DNA of 64,000 nucleotides from a virus: IMG/VR virus record IMGVR_UViG_3300023174_004273, positions 11,387 to 75,386 of that record; one strand, 5' to 3'. Shown piece by piece: positions 1 to 9,509 of this stretch (position 1 is its first letter; each line of letters starts with the position of its first letter). The notes under the pieces were generated by a model. It saw only the letters and a program-made list of their open reading frames with translations, ran no database searches and was not told where the DNA came from. The position numbers and the translations under genes were made by a program.

Positions 1-56
1 TTGACGTCTTCTCTGGGTTTTATTGTAGTTTTTGTTTCAATAGCAGTATCGGTCAT
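1..56 (-). CDS. 5' part of a gene running off the window edge; possibly ClpS-like adaptor
   Basis: ATG at 56 after a purine-rich leader reads MTDTAIETKTTIKPREDV, open to the edge. TATAAT and TAAATA boxes lie upstream (~100-126). The ClpS guess rests only on the N-terminal style and the ClpX/Hsp20 neighbours. Confidence 0.4.
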   Translation of the reverse strand, partial: MTDTAIETKTTIKPREDV

Positions 57-126
57 CTTTTTCCCTTGGATTGTGTGGGGGCTTTTCAACCCCCACTTGT
101 ATTTACGATGTTACACTAGTATTATA

Positions 127-567
127 TCACTTTGTGTAAGTGATTGCAATACGCTTTGGCTTCATTTCTTCAGGCACAATGCGTTGCAGAGTCACTGTCA
201 AAATACCATCTTTCATAATGGCTTCTTTGACTTCTACATAATCACTGAGCTGGAAAGTACGGATGAACTTGCGAGCTGAAATACCGCGATGCAAGTATTG
301 TGTTTCGCTGTCATCTGTGTTCTTTTCACCTGTGATCACGAGATTACCATCGTGGAAGTTGATTTCTACTTCACCTTCGGCAAACCCTGCTACAGCGATT
401 TGGATTTCGTAGGAATCTTCTCCAGTTTTGATGATGTTGTAGGGAGGGTAGTTATTGGCGTTTGAACTGGCCAAATCGATGTTGTGCATGAGGCGATCGA
501 AAAGACCGTCAATGCCAATGGCTTGACGATAGAATGGTGAGAGATCTAGGGATGTGATTTTAGTCAT
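127..567 (-). CDS. hsp20: small heat shock protein (Hsp20/IbpA family)
   Basis: YPPYNI, AVAGF, YLHRGISAR and GILTV motifs. Start MTKITS at 567 follows an AAGGAG SD; the track's 618 start is an over-extension. Confidence 0.95.
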   Translation of the reverse strand: MTKITSLDLSPFYRQAIGIDGLFDRLMHNIDLASSNANNYPPYNIIKTGEDSYEIQIAVAGFAEGEVEINFHDGNLVITGEKNTDDSETQYLHRGISARKFIRTFQLSDYVEVKEAIMKDGILTVTLQRIVPEEMKPKRIAITYTK

Positions 568-573
568 AATTTT

Positions 574-622
574 CTCCTTTTTAAGCAAGTTGACTAACGT
601 AGGCCCGACCATCGGCACCTAC
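574..622 (-). promoter_or_regulatory. ROSE-like RNA thermometer in the hsp20 leader
   Basis: CUUGCUU-aaa-AAGGAG places UUGCU opposite the SD with a bulged G. An upstream hairpin GUAGG..CCUAC spans 599-622. Confidence 0.65.
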
Positions 623-627
623 AAATA

Positions 628-658
628 TATTTATACAGGAAAATCAGGATTCTGTCAA
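628..658 (-). promoter_or_regulatory. composite sigma70/late promoter for hsp20
   Basis: TTGACA (658-653), 17 bp, TATAAA, which extends to the T4 late consensus TATAAATA. Confidence 0.75.
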
Positions 659-921
659 TATCTTTCGCCGGCTACATTTACCAGTTCATATTCTAACCAG
701 CTGGGATATTTGTTCTTGTGCCCAGGGTTCCAAGTCATAGTAAAAAAACTATAAGTTTCATCGTGATCAAACGCCACACGATGATCATATTTTATGGTTT
801 TTTCGGTGTATCTGATGTTGTAGCGTTGGGCCCATTGAGCTACTTCATCTTTGATTATGCTCAAAGCATAAGTGGCTGTTTGCCCACCTGCGCCTTTGGG
901 CAAGTGGAATACAATATACAT
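655..921 (-). CDS. hypothetical protein
   Basis: 88-aa ORF coupled to the bS21 stop by a TGATG overlap. Confidence 0.75.
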   Translation of the reverse strand: MYIVFHLPKGAGGQTATYALSIIKDEVAQWAQRYNIRYTEKTIKYDHRVAFDHDETYSFFTMTWNPGHKNKYPSWLEYELVNVAGERY

Positions 922-1133
922 CAGTATAACTTGGGTGGAAGCTGTTGGCTACGTAGATATTTTTGCCAGCGTTTTTTGGCAGCCGACGCTTTGAGCTTGC
1001 GTCGTGTGGTTGGTTTTACAAACTGTTCACGTTCTTTTAACTCAAACAGCAAGCCAGAGTTCTGTATCTTTTTCTTGAACTTGCGCAGGGCTTTTTCGAT
1101 ATTGCCATCTCGTACTTCTACACTTTTTCCCAA
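921..1133 (-). CDS. rpsU: ribosomal protein bS21
   Basis: IEKALRKFKKK...GLLFELKEREQFVKPTTRRK pattern; TTG start after AAGGAGG; TAAATA box at 1164-1169. Confidence 0.93.
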   Translation of the reverse strand: MGKSVEVRDGNIEKALRKFKKKIQNSGLLFELKEREQFVKPTTRRKLKASAAKKRWQKYLRSQQLPPKLY

Positions 1134-1134
1134 A

Positions 1135-2334
1135 CTATTCCTCCTTGTAAACGGGTGTAGGATTATTTATTTGAGTCTTGTCAATAACTACGCGGTTTAT
1201 TCCGCGGTCTTTGTAGCGTTTGATATTGAACATGTGCGGCATCAGCACACGTTCCATTTCGGAATGTAGCGCACGGGCACCAGTGCCAAAATCAGCAGAT
1301 CTGCGAGCGATAGTTTCCAGGGCACCACGATCAAAGTCTAGATCTACTTTGTCCACTGCAAACAGTTGTTGATATTGTTTGACCAAACTGTTCTTGGTGT
1401 CTGTGAGAACATGCACAAGATCATCCGTGGTCAGTTCATCCAAGTTGACCCAGCTGGGAAAACGCCCCACAAACTCGGGGATCATGCCAAACTTCACAAG
1501 ATCATCGGGCACCACTTGGTCAAGACTGACATCCTTGGTCTGTTTGACTTCGGCATTGAATCCCATGGAACTACCATATAATCTTTTCTGTACCAGGGTT
1601 TCAAGACCCACGAATGCTCCACCGGCAATGAATAAGATATTACGGGTGTCAATCTCGATCATTTCACCGCCGGGGTGTTTGCGACCTCCCTGTGGCGGTA
1701 CACGACACACAGTGCCTTCTACCATCTTGAGCAAGGCCTGTTGCACACCTTCACCGGATACGTCTCTGGTAATGGAGGTAGATTCACTTTTGCGGGCGAT
1801 CTTGTCGATCTCGTCTACAAACACAATGCCTCGTTTGCATTTTTCTACGTCACCGCCTGCGGCTGTGAGCAATCTCACTATGAGACTTTCTACGTCATCG
1901 CCTACATATCCTGCTTCGGTTATGCTCGTGGCATCTGCTATGGCAAATGGCACGTCTAAGTATCGTGCCACTGTCTTGGCCAACAGAGTTTTGCCTGATC
2001 CTGTGGGCCCAAGCATGAGTATATTGGCCTTGTCTATTTCTACATCTTTGTTGGAGTGTTGTATGCGCTTGTAATGATTGGCGATAGCTACACTGAGCAC
2101 AGTTTTGGCGCGGTCTTGGCCGATCACATATAGATCGAGATAGGCTTTGAGCTCTTGAGGATCGATGTCAGTGAGGTTTTTTGTACCCGGTTTGATGTCT
2201 TCGTCGATCAGCAGGCTCTGGCAGAGATCCACACACTCATTGCAAATGGCCACTTCGTTGCCCACTATGAGCTTGTTGACTTCGTCTTTGTGTTTGTTAC
2301 AAAAACTACAGTGTTCGTAGAGTTTTTCAGACAT
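1135..2334 (-). CDS. clpX: ATP-dependent Clp protease ATP-binding subunit ClpX
   Basis: CSFC..CNEC zinc-binding domain, GPTGSGKT, GYVGDDVE, VDEIDK, RDVSGEGVQQALLK, RKHP and an MGF ClpP-docking loop. Confidence 0.97.
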   Translation of the reverse strand: MSEKLYEHCSFCNKHKDEVNKLIVGNEVAICNECVDLCQSLLIDEDIKPGTKNLTDIDPQELKAYLDLYVIGQDRAKTVLSVAIANHYKRIQHSNKDVEIDKANILMLGPTGSGKTLLAKTVARYLDVPFAIADATSITEAGYVGDDVESLIVRLLTAAGGDVEKCKRGIVFVDEIDKIARKSESTSITRDVSGEGVQQALLKMVEGTVCRVPPQGGRKHPGGEMIEIDTRNILFIAGGAFVGLETLVQKRLYGSSMGFNAEVKQTKDVSLDQVVPDDLVKFGMIPEFVGRFPSWVNLDELTTDDLVHVLTDTKNSLVKQYQQLFAVDKVDLDFDRGALETIARRSADFGTGARALHSEMERVLMPHMFNIKRYKDRGINRVVIDKTQINNPTPVYKEE

Positions 2335-2336
2335 GG

Positions 2337-3773
2337 TTATCCTAGTTTGGTGTCGTTACGAAGTCTTTGTTCTATTTGTTGTTTTTCGTTGTCATTCAGT
2401 AGATCAGGATCATACTCTCCTGATCCAATCTTGGCGATAAGATGATCGATGTATTCGTCGTTGTAGGCAAATGTGTCGGTGGAGTTCTTATCTATTTCAA
2501 TCCATTTTTGTCCATTCCATTTAAACAGTTTGGTTGGGAGATAGTCTACTCTTATGTAAGCATCGCCCTTGACTGGATCGTCTGGAAACTTTGTACCAAA
2601 GTCAACATTGGTAAAGTTTTCATTGCCATCTGCCTTGGCCGACAACATTTGATCTATTTGATCTTGCCAGGGCAGGCGTGTTATTTTGCCTTGTTCCAGC
2701 AACATCTCATGACGATGTATGGTATCATCAGGATTGGCTGATTTCCAAGCACGTTTGGCCACCTTGTCTGGTGATTTGTCATCTTCAGTTTCTTCTACAG
2801 GAGCGGCTTCTGTTACTGCTGTTTCGGTATTGACTCTGGCGGAAAGGTCTTGTCCACCCCATTGTGTTTCTGGTATATGTACAGTCTGAGCAAGGGATTG
2901 TAAAACAAGATCATCTCCTTGGCCATGTCCATCCATATCCGTGGCATTAGGTTCCACATTATCATCCAGTTCCCGGGCATCATTGACCTCCTTGATTATG
3001 GGTGTGTCAGTCGGCGACTCTCGTTCCCACTTGCGACTTTCTGTAAAGGCCAACAACATCATGATGGCCAAAGGATCAAACACTATGACCAAAATGATTA
3101 TGACCCAGCGTACTGCTTTTTCCAGCACGTTGGCATCAGGGTTATCGTCATAGATCAAGGCCGCAATATATTTGATTGGTCCTACTTCTGCTTCGACTTT
3201 ACGGAGTTCTGATGCTATAGGGGCACGCTCTTCATTGAGAGCGGCTATGCGTTTTTGTGCGTTGGCAATGTCTGTTTGTAACACACCACGTTCACGCTGT
3301 TGACTACGTCTCAGTGCGGCCGCTTTGTCCGCACCTTTTTCATCGTTGCTACGGCTCATGGTTTGATCCACGGATTCATCCATTTGTCGTAGAGCTTTGC
3401 GAGCGGCTTCTATGTTGTCTTTTTCTGTTTTGATCTTTTCGTCTATGAGCTGTACTTTGGCTGCCACATCACCTGTGGGCACTGCTTGATCCAAGTGCGC
3501 TTTGCTCAAGAATCCAAAGATACCCATGGATGTGATGACCATGAGGAAAAACACAGCCGGCACAAGATACAGTTTCATGGCCAGACGACAACGATCCCAG
3601 TATTCGTGCAACCACACCGTGACCACTAGCTTGGCGGCTTCCAGTATGGAACCCATGATCACGATGGGGACCACGGCGGCGGCAAATATGGCCGCCAGGC
3701 CGGCAATGGAGTAGAATGCGGCCACTGCGCTCAAACACAATGCCACCGCAAGCATGAGATAACTTAAGAGCAT
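2337..3773 (-). CDS. membrane-anchored coiled-coil protein
   Basis: Three N-terminal hydrophobic helices, a long coiled coil, a further TM segment and an acidic C-terminal region. TAAATA lies 5 nt before the ATG. Confidence 0.8.
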   Translation of the reverse strand: MLLSYLMLAVALCLSAVAAFYSIAGLAAIFAAAVVPIVIMGSILEAAKLVVTVWLHEYWDRCRLAMKLYLVPAVFFLMVITSMGIFGFLSKAHLDQAVPTGDVAAKVQLIDEKIKTEKDNIEAARKALRQMDESVDQTMSRSNDEKGADKAAALRRSQQRERGVLQTDIANAQKRIAALNEERAPIASELRKVEAEVGPIKYIAALIYDDNPDANVLEKAVRWVIIILVIVFDPLAIMMLLAFTESRKWERESPTDTPIIKEVNDARELDDNVEPNATDMDGHGQGDDLVLQSLAQTVHIPETQWGGQDLSARVNTETAVTEAAPVEETEDDKSPDKVAKRAWKSANPDDTIHRHEMLLEQGKITRLPWQDQIDQMLSAKADGNENFTNVDFGTKFPDDPVKGDAYIRVDYLPTKLFKWNGQKWIEIDKNSTDTFAYNDEYIDHLIAKIGSGEYDPDLLNDNEKQQIEQRLRNDTKLG

Positions 3774-3777
3774 GGAA

Positions 3778-4047
3778 TTATTTACCGGTTTTATGCTTAT
3801 CCTCCCCGGCGACCTGTAGGCTGTATTTCACTGAAATCCAAGTGGCAAACCGCAGATCCGGCACGTCAAACCAAACCAGCACAGATGGTTTGTTGTTTCC
3901 ATATCTTTGACTTTCAGATAGTTTTCTCTTGACCCGGCCTTGGGTGCGCCAGTTCTTACCAAACCATGCACGACATTCTCTCATGATATCGTACCATTGT
4001 TTTTCGGTAGAAACGCTGACGTAAAGACGATGTAATCTTGATTCCAT
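3778..4047 (-). CDS. hypothetical protein
   Basis: Probable start MESRL, 5 nt after an extended -10 (TGtTACAAT). Confidence 0.7.
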   Translation of the reverse strand: MESRLHRLYVSVSTEKQWYDIMRECRAWFGKNWRTQGRVKRKLSESQRYGNNKPSVLVWFDVPDLRFATWISVKYSLQVAGEDKHKTGK

Positions 4048-4065
4048 ATCATATTGTAACACATA

Positions 4066-4566
4066 TCACGACCAAGTACGATGCTTTTCGGCAACCCACT
4101 CCATCCCGTCGTATTCTTCTATTTGCCATTCTACATCAGCGGGGATTTCAACGATCTTCAATGCCGCAAATCTTCCACCAGCACCAGCACCCATTTCTTT
4201 GACCACTTGTACCAACACAGGATCATCTCTGTCCAAATCGCGATCGGAAAATATCTGCTGTTCGTATAGTTGGTTGTGTTGTACTCTTTCGGCTATGGTC
4301 ATGCCATGCCAAGTTTCGGCATCGGGTTCTTGTAGCCGTTGATCATCGGGTACCAGCCAATGCTTGGGTCCTATGAGTCCACCGTACCGATCATTTTCCT
4401 CAACATAATACTCTATGCCCTTGATTTCTAAATAGCGTTGGATGGCTTCCGTGCTAAGACCAAAACCGCCATGTTGTTCATTGATCACAACATAGCGGAC
4501 GCCTTGTATTTCATTGAGTAACTGCTTTTGATCAGCAGAAAGATTAGGATCTTCAAGTGCTTTCAT
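4066..4566 (-). CDS. conserved phage hypothetical protein
   Basis: VVIN..HGGFGLS, DRDDPVLVQVV and IEEYDGMEWVAEKHRTW motifs recalled from phage hypotheticals; start probably MKALED. Confidence 0.75.
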   Translation of the reverse strand: MKALEDPNLSADQKQLLNEIQGVRYVVINEQHGGFGLSTEAIQRYLEIKGIEYYVEENDRYGGLIGPKHWLVPDDQRLQEPDAETWHGMTIAERVQHNQLYEQQIFSDRDLDRDDPVLVQVVKEMGAGAGGRFAALKIVEIPADVEWQIEEYDGMEWVAEKHRTWS

Positions 4567-4840
4567 ATTTGGCCCAAGTGTTGGTTGCATCATCCCAATG
4601 ACGGGAATCCACTATTCGCAAATCCATGGTCCATCCAAATAAGTTTAGCACGATCCATGGTCCAGCATGATCAGTCTGTCGCCAGTTAAGATCTATGCCG
4701 AGTTCAAACCAGTTGAACGCATAGTGACTAAACTGTAGTTCAAGGAACTTATAGGTCGACAGTTGCCATGCACGATTCCATAGGTTTTGGAATGGTTTGC
4801 ATTGTAAAGGATTTCGGAATCTAATACCAATGTCTATCAT
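4553..4840 (-). CDS. hypothetical protein
   Basis: Start MIDIGIRF at 4840 overlaps the upstream small ORF stop (ATGA). Confidence 0.7.
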   Translation of the reverse strand: MIDIGIRFRNPLQCKPFQNLWNRAWQLSTYKFLELQFSHYAFNWFELGIDLNWRQTDHAGPWIVLNLFGWTMDLRIVDSRHWDDATNTWAKYEST

Positions 4841-4941
4841 ACGATGAGTCCTATCAATATACCAAGACCAAATGATGCTATGGATATGCCCAGCAAGGCC
4901 AACGGGTACCAAAGATGATCTTCAAGTATGGTTTCAATCAT
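4837..4941 (-). CDS. 34-aa single-TM small protein (not in the ORF track)
   Basis: MIETILEDHLWYPLALLGISIASFGLGILIGLIV*, with ATGA overlaps at both ends. Confidence 0.7.
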   Translation of the reverse strand: MIETILEDHLWYPLALLGISIASFGLGILIGLIV

Positions 4942-6311
4942 ATCTTTTCTCCTGGTTCCCATCCACGGAAACGTACAAATCTAGGGAATCTCAATGAGTA
5001 TGTTCCGTCTTGGTTTTGTGTGACTGCGTCCGCTTGGACTTCAACCACTCGACCAAGAATGTCATTCCGGGCGATCCAATACTCATCACGATTGCCATCA
5101 GACAGACCGCTACCAACATTAACCCTAATATCACGTCCATTGTCAACCCCTTCACATATTATAGCACCTAAACGACCTTGGTTACGACCGGTACCTTCTT
5201 CGAAACCAACTATATTAAGATCCACAGTGATCGTGGGTTTCCACTTCATCCAAAATGAACTACGTTTACACTCATATGGTGCGCCTACATCTTTGATCAT
5301 GATGCCTTCATAGCCTTCTTTCACAGCGTCCTCGGCAAATCTGCGCATGATGTCATGCCCTTCGCTGGTGTCTAGATCAACATCCATGCCTGGCATCACA
5401 CGCACACAATCGCTGGCATCAATGGCCTCACGGCTGTCTTCTAAGATTTTGGTACGTTTGTATTGTTGGGCGTTCCAGAAACCACGTTCAAAATCTTGTA
5501 TAGGTATGACATCAAACACATAGTAGGTCATGCCTTCTGTTTTGGCATCGCTCTTGCGATGTGCTTGGCGCATGAGCTGTTGGAAACTTTCGCCCACGAT
5601 CTCACCATCCAACACAAACGGACCCTTGGTCGACAGGCTCATCCTGTTGCGGAATGACTCAATGGCTTCAGCCACTTGCGGAAAGTTGTCAAAGGGTTTG
5701 CCATTGCGGCTGTAGAGGTTGACTGTGGTTTTGCTTACTACCGCCAGCACACGCACACCATCCAGCTTGCATTCGATACGCTTGGTACCTTTCATCTTGC
5801 TTTGATGATCATTGGAATCAGTGGCCAGCTGGCAAGTGAATACAGGAATCTTCCATTCCGAGTTGCCTAGCACTTTGTTCAGCGTTTTTTCTGAGATGCC
5901 ACAGCGTAGATCCTTGATCAGCACACGGCGGGCCAACCCATTCCACTCGTCTGAGTCAAACCGACTGGCCAGCTCTTCTATCTTGTCTTTCGCCCTACCG
6001 CCAGTGATGCTACGGGTTCGGAGGCCTTCTGTCAGAGCCCAGAACTCTACCCAGGGATTATCTTTCCCAGTGAGTCCTTGAGTCTCTGGAACCTTCTTCA
6101 CTCCATAGACGAAATAAGGATTGTAGGCCAGGTAACAGTTGTATAAAAAACACTGAGCACCTGCTGAGCCCAAGCGGGCGGCCACTAGAGCCTTTTCGAT
6201 CACTGCTTCTTTGTGTAGCCTAGAGTCTGAACTTTCGAGATCTTGTATCCAATCTACTGCCACTTTGAGTCCGTTGTATTTTTCATCATGCCTATTGTGA
6301 GCCTGTGTCAT
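4938..6311 (-). CDS. ATP-dependent DNA ligase (T4 gp30-like)
   Basis: KLDGVR motif I, LDGE, EGIMIK, WMKWK and SLRFPRFVRFR in the OB fold. Confidence 0.97.
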   Translation of the reverse strand: MTQAHNRHDEKYNGLKVAVDWIQDLESSDSRLHKEAVIEKALVAARLGSAGAQCFLYNCYLAYNPYFVYGVKKVPETQGLTGKDNPWVEFWALTEGLRTRSITGGRAKDKIEELASRFDSDEWNGLARRVLIKDLRCGISEKTLNKVLGNSEWKIPVFTCQLATDSNDHQSKMKGTKRIECKLDGVRVLAVVSKTTVNLYSRNGKPFDNFPQVAEAIESFRNRMSLSTKGPFVLDGEIVGESFQQLMRQAHRKSDAKTEGMTYYVFDVIPIQDFERGFWNAQQYKRTKILEDSREAIDASDCVRVMPGMDVDLDTSEGHDIMRRFAEDAVKEGYEGIMIKDVGAPYECKRSSFWMKWKPTITVDLNIVGFEEGTGRNQGRLGAIICEGVDNGRDIRVNVGSGLSDGNRDEYWIARNDILGRVVEVQADAVTQNQDGTYSLRFPRFVRFRGWEPGEKI

Positions 6312-6324
6312 GCCTGTTCCTTTG

Positions 6325-6390
6325 TATTTAGGTCGATATCAAAGACCATTTCACATCAGTTATTATAACGGAAAAGGATTTACCGGTCAA
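6325..6390 (-). promoter_or_regulatory. sigma70 promoter plus late box upstream of the ligase
   Basis: TTGACC (6390-6385), 17 bp, TATAAT (6367-6362); TAAATA at 6330-6325. Confidence 0.8.
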
Positions 6391-6418
6391 CCAGCGATTT
6401 TGGCAAAGTTAGTGTGTA

Positions 6419-8647
6419 CTAACTTCGTATTACCAATGCTTCTGCTTGTTCTTTGGTGTACTGATTGGGCGACAAGGTGCCCGGTTCTTCGATGTTGTTG
6501 GTGTTGATTGGGGCATCTTGTTCTAGCCCGGCCGCGGCAAGACGTTGTAAGTTTCTTCCTTCGCGCATGGCAGCAATGATACTTTGCCCGCCTAGACCTG
6601 ACGCTACTGCGACTCTCTCTAACCACATGGCGGCACCACCAAACGAGGTATCTTTGCCATACTCAGGAAGTTGTTGTGCAAAACTTATGGCAGTATTGTT
6701 GCTGGGAGGTATTGCCGCCGCATCTAGATCAATGCGTTGTCTATTGAGATATTCACGACCTTGTTGCTCTTGCCAGGCATTTTCATTGTTGTAAACAGTC
6801 TGCGCTGTTGGATAGTTGTTGATGATGTCAACGTTGGCCAATGCGGTAAACGGAATGATGCCATTGATCCAAGCATCCTCATAGGCTTCTATTGCCGTAG
6901 CAAAGGGACCATAGATACCAGCGGCCGCCCAACCTGCAGGAATAGTTACATACCAGTCGCCGGGCATCATTGGATCCTCGGTGGGCGGAAACAGTCCTTG
7001 AGCAAAAGCCTGGATGGTTTCGTAGATGCCTTGTGTCTGTGTGAACTCAGTGAATGCACCTGCGGAGTCAAGCTCGGCCAACTTGGTAGCATTGTCCTGT
7101 AGATAAGAACCGCTGTTGTAACCCGCGGCAAACCCAATGACATCTGACAGAACCATTTGATCTAACGCACCGGTGCTCAGCTTTATGCCATAGTCATCAT
7201 TGTATTGATTTTTCCAAAAATCAATGACACCTTGTGGTACATAATCTGTTTGATTTTGTATGAGCGGTAGATCATTGAGATTCTCTAACTTGGCAGTAGA
7301 CACTGCGATGGCTTCTGTTGTTGAATTTTGTATGCCCTTGACCTGTAAAAAACTACGGGCCACAGCATCGTTGGCCACTGCTAGGTCATCGGGTATAATA
7401 CCTTTGAGATCTTGTCCGAGATGATTGAGCTGAGGATTGACAGATCCTGAATCGTTTTCATACACAGCACGATACCCCACTGATGCTGTTCTTATTGGGG
7501 TTGTCAGTGTGGTATAACTCTGGCCAAACAGTTTTTGAGGATTCAACAGATCCTGTCCTTGTTGCACTGTGGTTTGTGTGTTGTTGAGTATGGCCTTGAC
7601 TTGGGCGACTTCGGTCGGAGACAATGTTCCAAGTTGCCCAAATATTTCTTTTTGTACTGTGGGTGGTAATGCGGCACCGGTTCTGGCCAAGGCATTGAGA
7701 TCTACTCCGAGTTCTTTCAATGAAATACTTCGAGTCAGGTCGGTCAGTCCAATGGAAGATTTACTACCGGTGGCCAGTCCATAGGCCGAAGTCACCAAGT
7801 TGTATCCAAGTTCCTGTGCTGTTTTTTCGCTGACACGGATGTTGCCCAGTTTATCATACATAGGGCCCAAGGTACCATTGTTTTCCATGTTGGCCATGAG
7901 CTGACCTGGTGATCCAAGATTCTTTAGATTCTCCCAACTCACTGTATCACCCAGTTTTGAAATATCGTCGCCAAGACCTTGTACCCAAGTTGATACCCCA
8001 GTCATACCGCCAGTGATGGTATTGTCCATACTGGTAAAGGTCTTGCTTAGATAAGTTTGGGCATTGTCTGCGGCGTTGACAAAACTGTTGGCTGTGTTGA
8101 CATAACTCTGGGCAGAACTAAAAATGCTACCCAACACTTTTGGATCACCGGTAATGGCACCAGCAACATACTGCGCAGGACCACCAAGACTGGTGCTGGC
8201 CCAGTTTACACCCATGTTTATAGCAGTACGGTAAGCATTTTCAGTGACTGTTTGCAGGAACTGTGCTGTCTTGGGACCGTAAGTTCCCACGGTGCTTAAA
8301 AATACTTCATTGCCAGCGGCAGCTGGTGCAGTGGCGATGGTATTCCAGGCATCTCTCATGGGTTGAGTAAACTCTAGAACAGCATTTTTCATTTCGCCCA
8401 GGGTGGTGGAAAGTTGAGAAAACCAACCTTGGCTTGATGTGGCCAATAGCCCTTGTTGAGTGGCTTGGGCCGTGCTCATGATTTGAGTAGTGCCATCAGG
8501 AAAGGCCACAAAGACTTCATTCAGTGACCCAAGTGCCTCTGCACCTCCAATGGGTGCGGCACCAAATACTTCTGACAGACCGCCATTGGCAATAAAAGAC
8601 CCTGCCGCGGTCATTACAATCGAAGTTAGAGCACCACTGCAACTCAC
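6419..8647 (-). CDS. probable baseplate/tail-associated structural protein
   Basis: 742 aa, A/G/T/N/Q-rich, directly downstream of the PAAR gene; no enzyme motif seen. Confidence 0.55.
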   Translation of the reverse strand: MSCSGALTSIVMTAAGSFIANGGLSEVFGAAPIGGAEALGSLNEVFVAFPDGTTQIMSTAQATQQGLLATSSQGWFSQLSTTLGEMKNAVLEFTQPMRDAWNTIATAPAAAGNEVFLSTVGTYGPKTAQFLQTVTENAYRTAINMGVNWASTSLGGPAQYVAGAITGDPKVLGSIFSSAQSYVNTANSFVNAADNAQTYLSKTFTSMDNTITGGMTGVSTWVQGLGDDISKLGDTVSWENLKNLGSPGQLMANMENNGTLGPMYDKLGNIRVSEKTAQELGYNLVTSAYGLATGSKSSIGLTDLTRSISLKELGVDLNALARTGAALPPTVQKEIFGQLGTLSPTEVAQVKAILNNTQTTVQQGQDLLNPQKLFGQSYTTLTTPIRTASVGYRAVYENDSGSVNPQLNHLGQDLKGIIPDDLAVANDAVARSFLQVKGIQNSTTEAIAVSTAKLENLNDLPLIQNQTDYVPQGVIDFWKNQYNDDYGIKLSTGALDQMVLSDVIGFAAGYNSGSYLQDNATKLAELDSAGAFTEFTQTQGIYETIQAFAQGLFPPTEDPMMPGDWYVTIPAGWAAAGIYGPFATAIEAYEDAWINGIIPFTALANVDIINNYPTAQTVYNNENAWQEQQGREYLNRQRIDLDAAAIPPSNNTAISFAQQLPEYGKDTSFGGAAMWLERVAVASGLGGQSIIAAMREGRNLQRLAAAGLEQDAPINTNNIEEPGTLSPNQYTKEQAEALVIRS

Positions 8648-8649
8648 AG

Positions 8650-8934
8650 TTAGCTTCCTACTATGACATCGAGGCTACCAAATGCTCGGGGATGGAAACA
8701 GGTATCTGGTGATCCTACATACACTATGGGCTTGCCTTCGGCGGTAACTGACAGACTGCCCAAGGTAGTGGCAGCAATACAATGTATTTTACCTTTTGGA
8801 CAAGGTGGATGAGGTGTGACGATAGTTCCTGTGGTGCAGGCTGGTCGTCCGTTGATCAACACACTCATAGCTCCGGGAAATATAGCAAGACCCCCTGCTA
8901 TGTTAGGATCTCCAATTCTCACTGCTGGTGGCAT
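8650..8934 (-). CDS. PAAR-domain spike-tip protein (T4 gp5.4-like)
   Basis: PAVRIGD, SVLINGRPA, TPHP..H, SVTAEGKP, GS.DV.VG. Confidence 0.9.
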   Translation of the reverse strand: MPPAVRIGDPNIAGGLAIFPGAMSVLINGRPACTTGTIVTPHPPCPKGKIHCIAATTLGSLSVTAEGKPIVYVGSPDTCFHPRAFGSLDVIVGS

Positions 8935-8937
8935 ATT

Positions 8938-9243
8938 TTATCCTGTTATGATTTGCTTGGCTGGCTGAGTAAGGATGCCTGTTGTGGCTTCGATGTATTT
9001 GGCTCGTACATCTTCTCGAGTTTCAGCGGCCATAGCAATACTAGCAGTATTTATATGCACATTTTTGTCAGGGTTTGAGCTAAACAAACTGGGCATCATT
9101 TGCAAGCCCTGGGGACCCAACACCATGCTGATGGGCTGGGCGACTTCTACAGAGTCAGCTGTTTTATGGAAAATCTTAGCGGTTATTTCTTCTCCGCTGA
9201 CCAGTTTGAAAGTGTATATTTCGTTGAGTTGTAAATGGTTCAT
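8938..9243 (-). CDS. Sm-like-fold phage protein
   Basis: TFKLVSGEEITAK start and Y...TTGI end, typical of T4-like small proteins. Confidence 0.65.
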   Translation of the reverse strand: MNHLQLNEIYTFKLVSGEEITAKIFHKTADSVEVAQPISMVLGPQGLQMMPSLFSSNPDKNVHINTASIAMAAETREDVRAKYIEATTGILTQPAKQIITG

Positions 9244-9509
9244 AGGGTTCCTAGGTTTTCAGTAAGGCCCATACGAGTGCGTATCTCGTCTGTGCTCAGC
9301 TTACTTAAACCTTGGAAACCGCCTTCTACAAATAACTTACCATTGTGATAGATCTGAGGAACCGTTCTATGCCCTGCTGCCATGATGAACTCGCGAGCTT
9401 GGGTATCCTCATCTATTTTGATTTCTTCAAAAGCAATATCTTTGCTTTTTAACAGGGCCTTGGCTTGATCACAAAATGGACAATGCTTTTTTGAATATAC
9501 TGTCAACAT
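9240..9509 (-). CDS. grx: glutaredoxin
   Basis: CPFC, RTVPQI and GGF motifs; start MLTVYSK at 9509 (TAATG overlap with nrdB). Confidence 0.93.
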   Translation of the reverse strand: MLTVYSKKHCPFCDQAKALLKSKDIAFEEIKIDEDTQAREFIMAAGHRTVPQIYHNGKLFVEGGFQGLSKLSTDEIRTRMGLTENLGTL

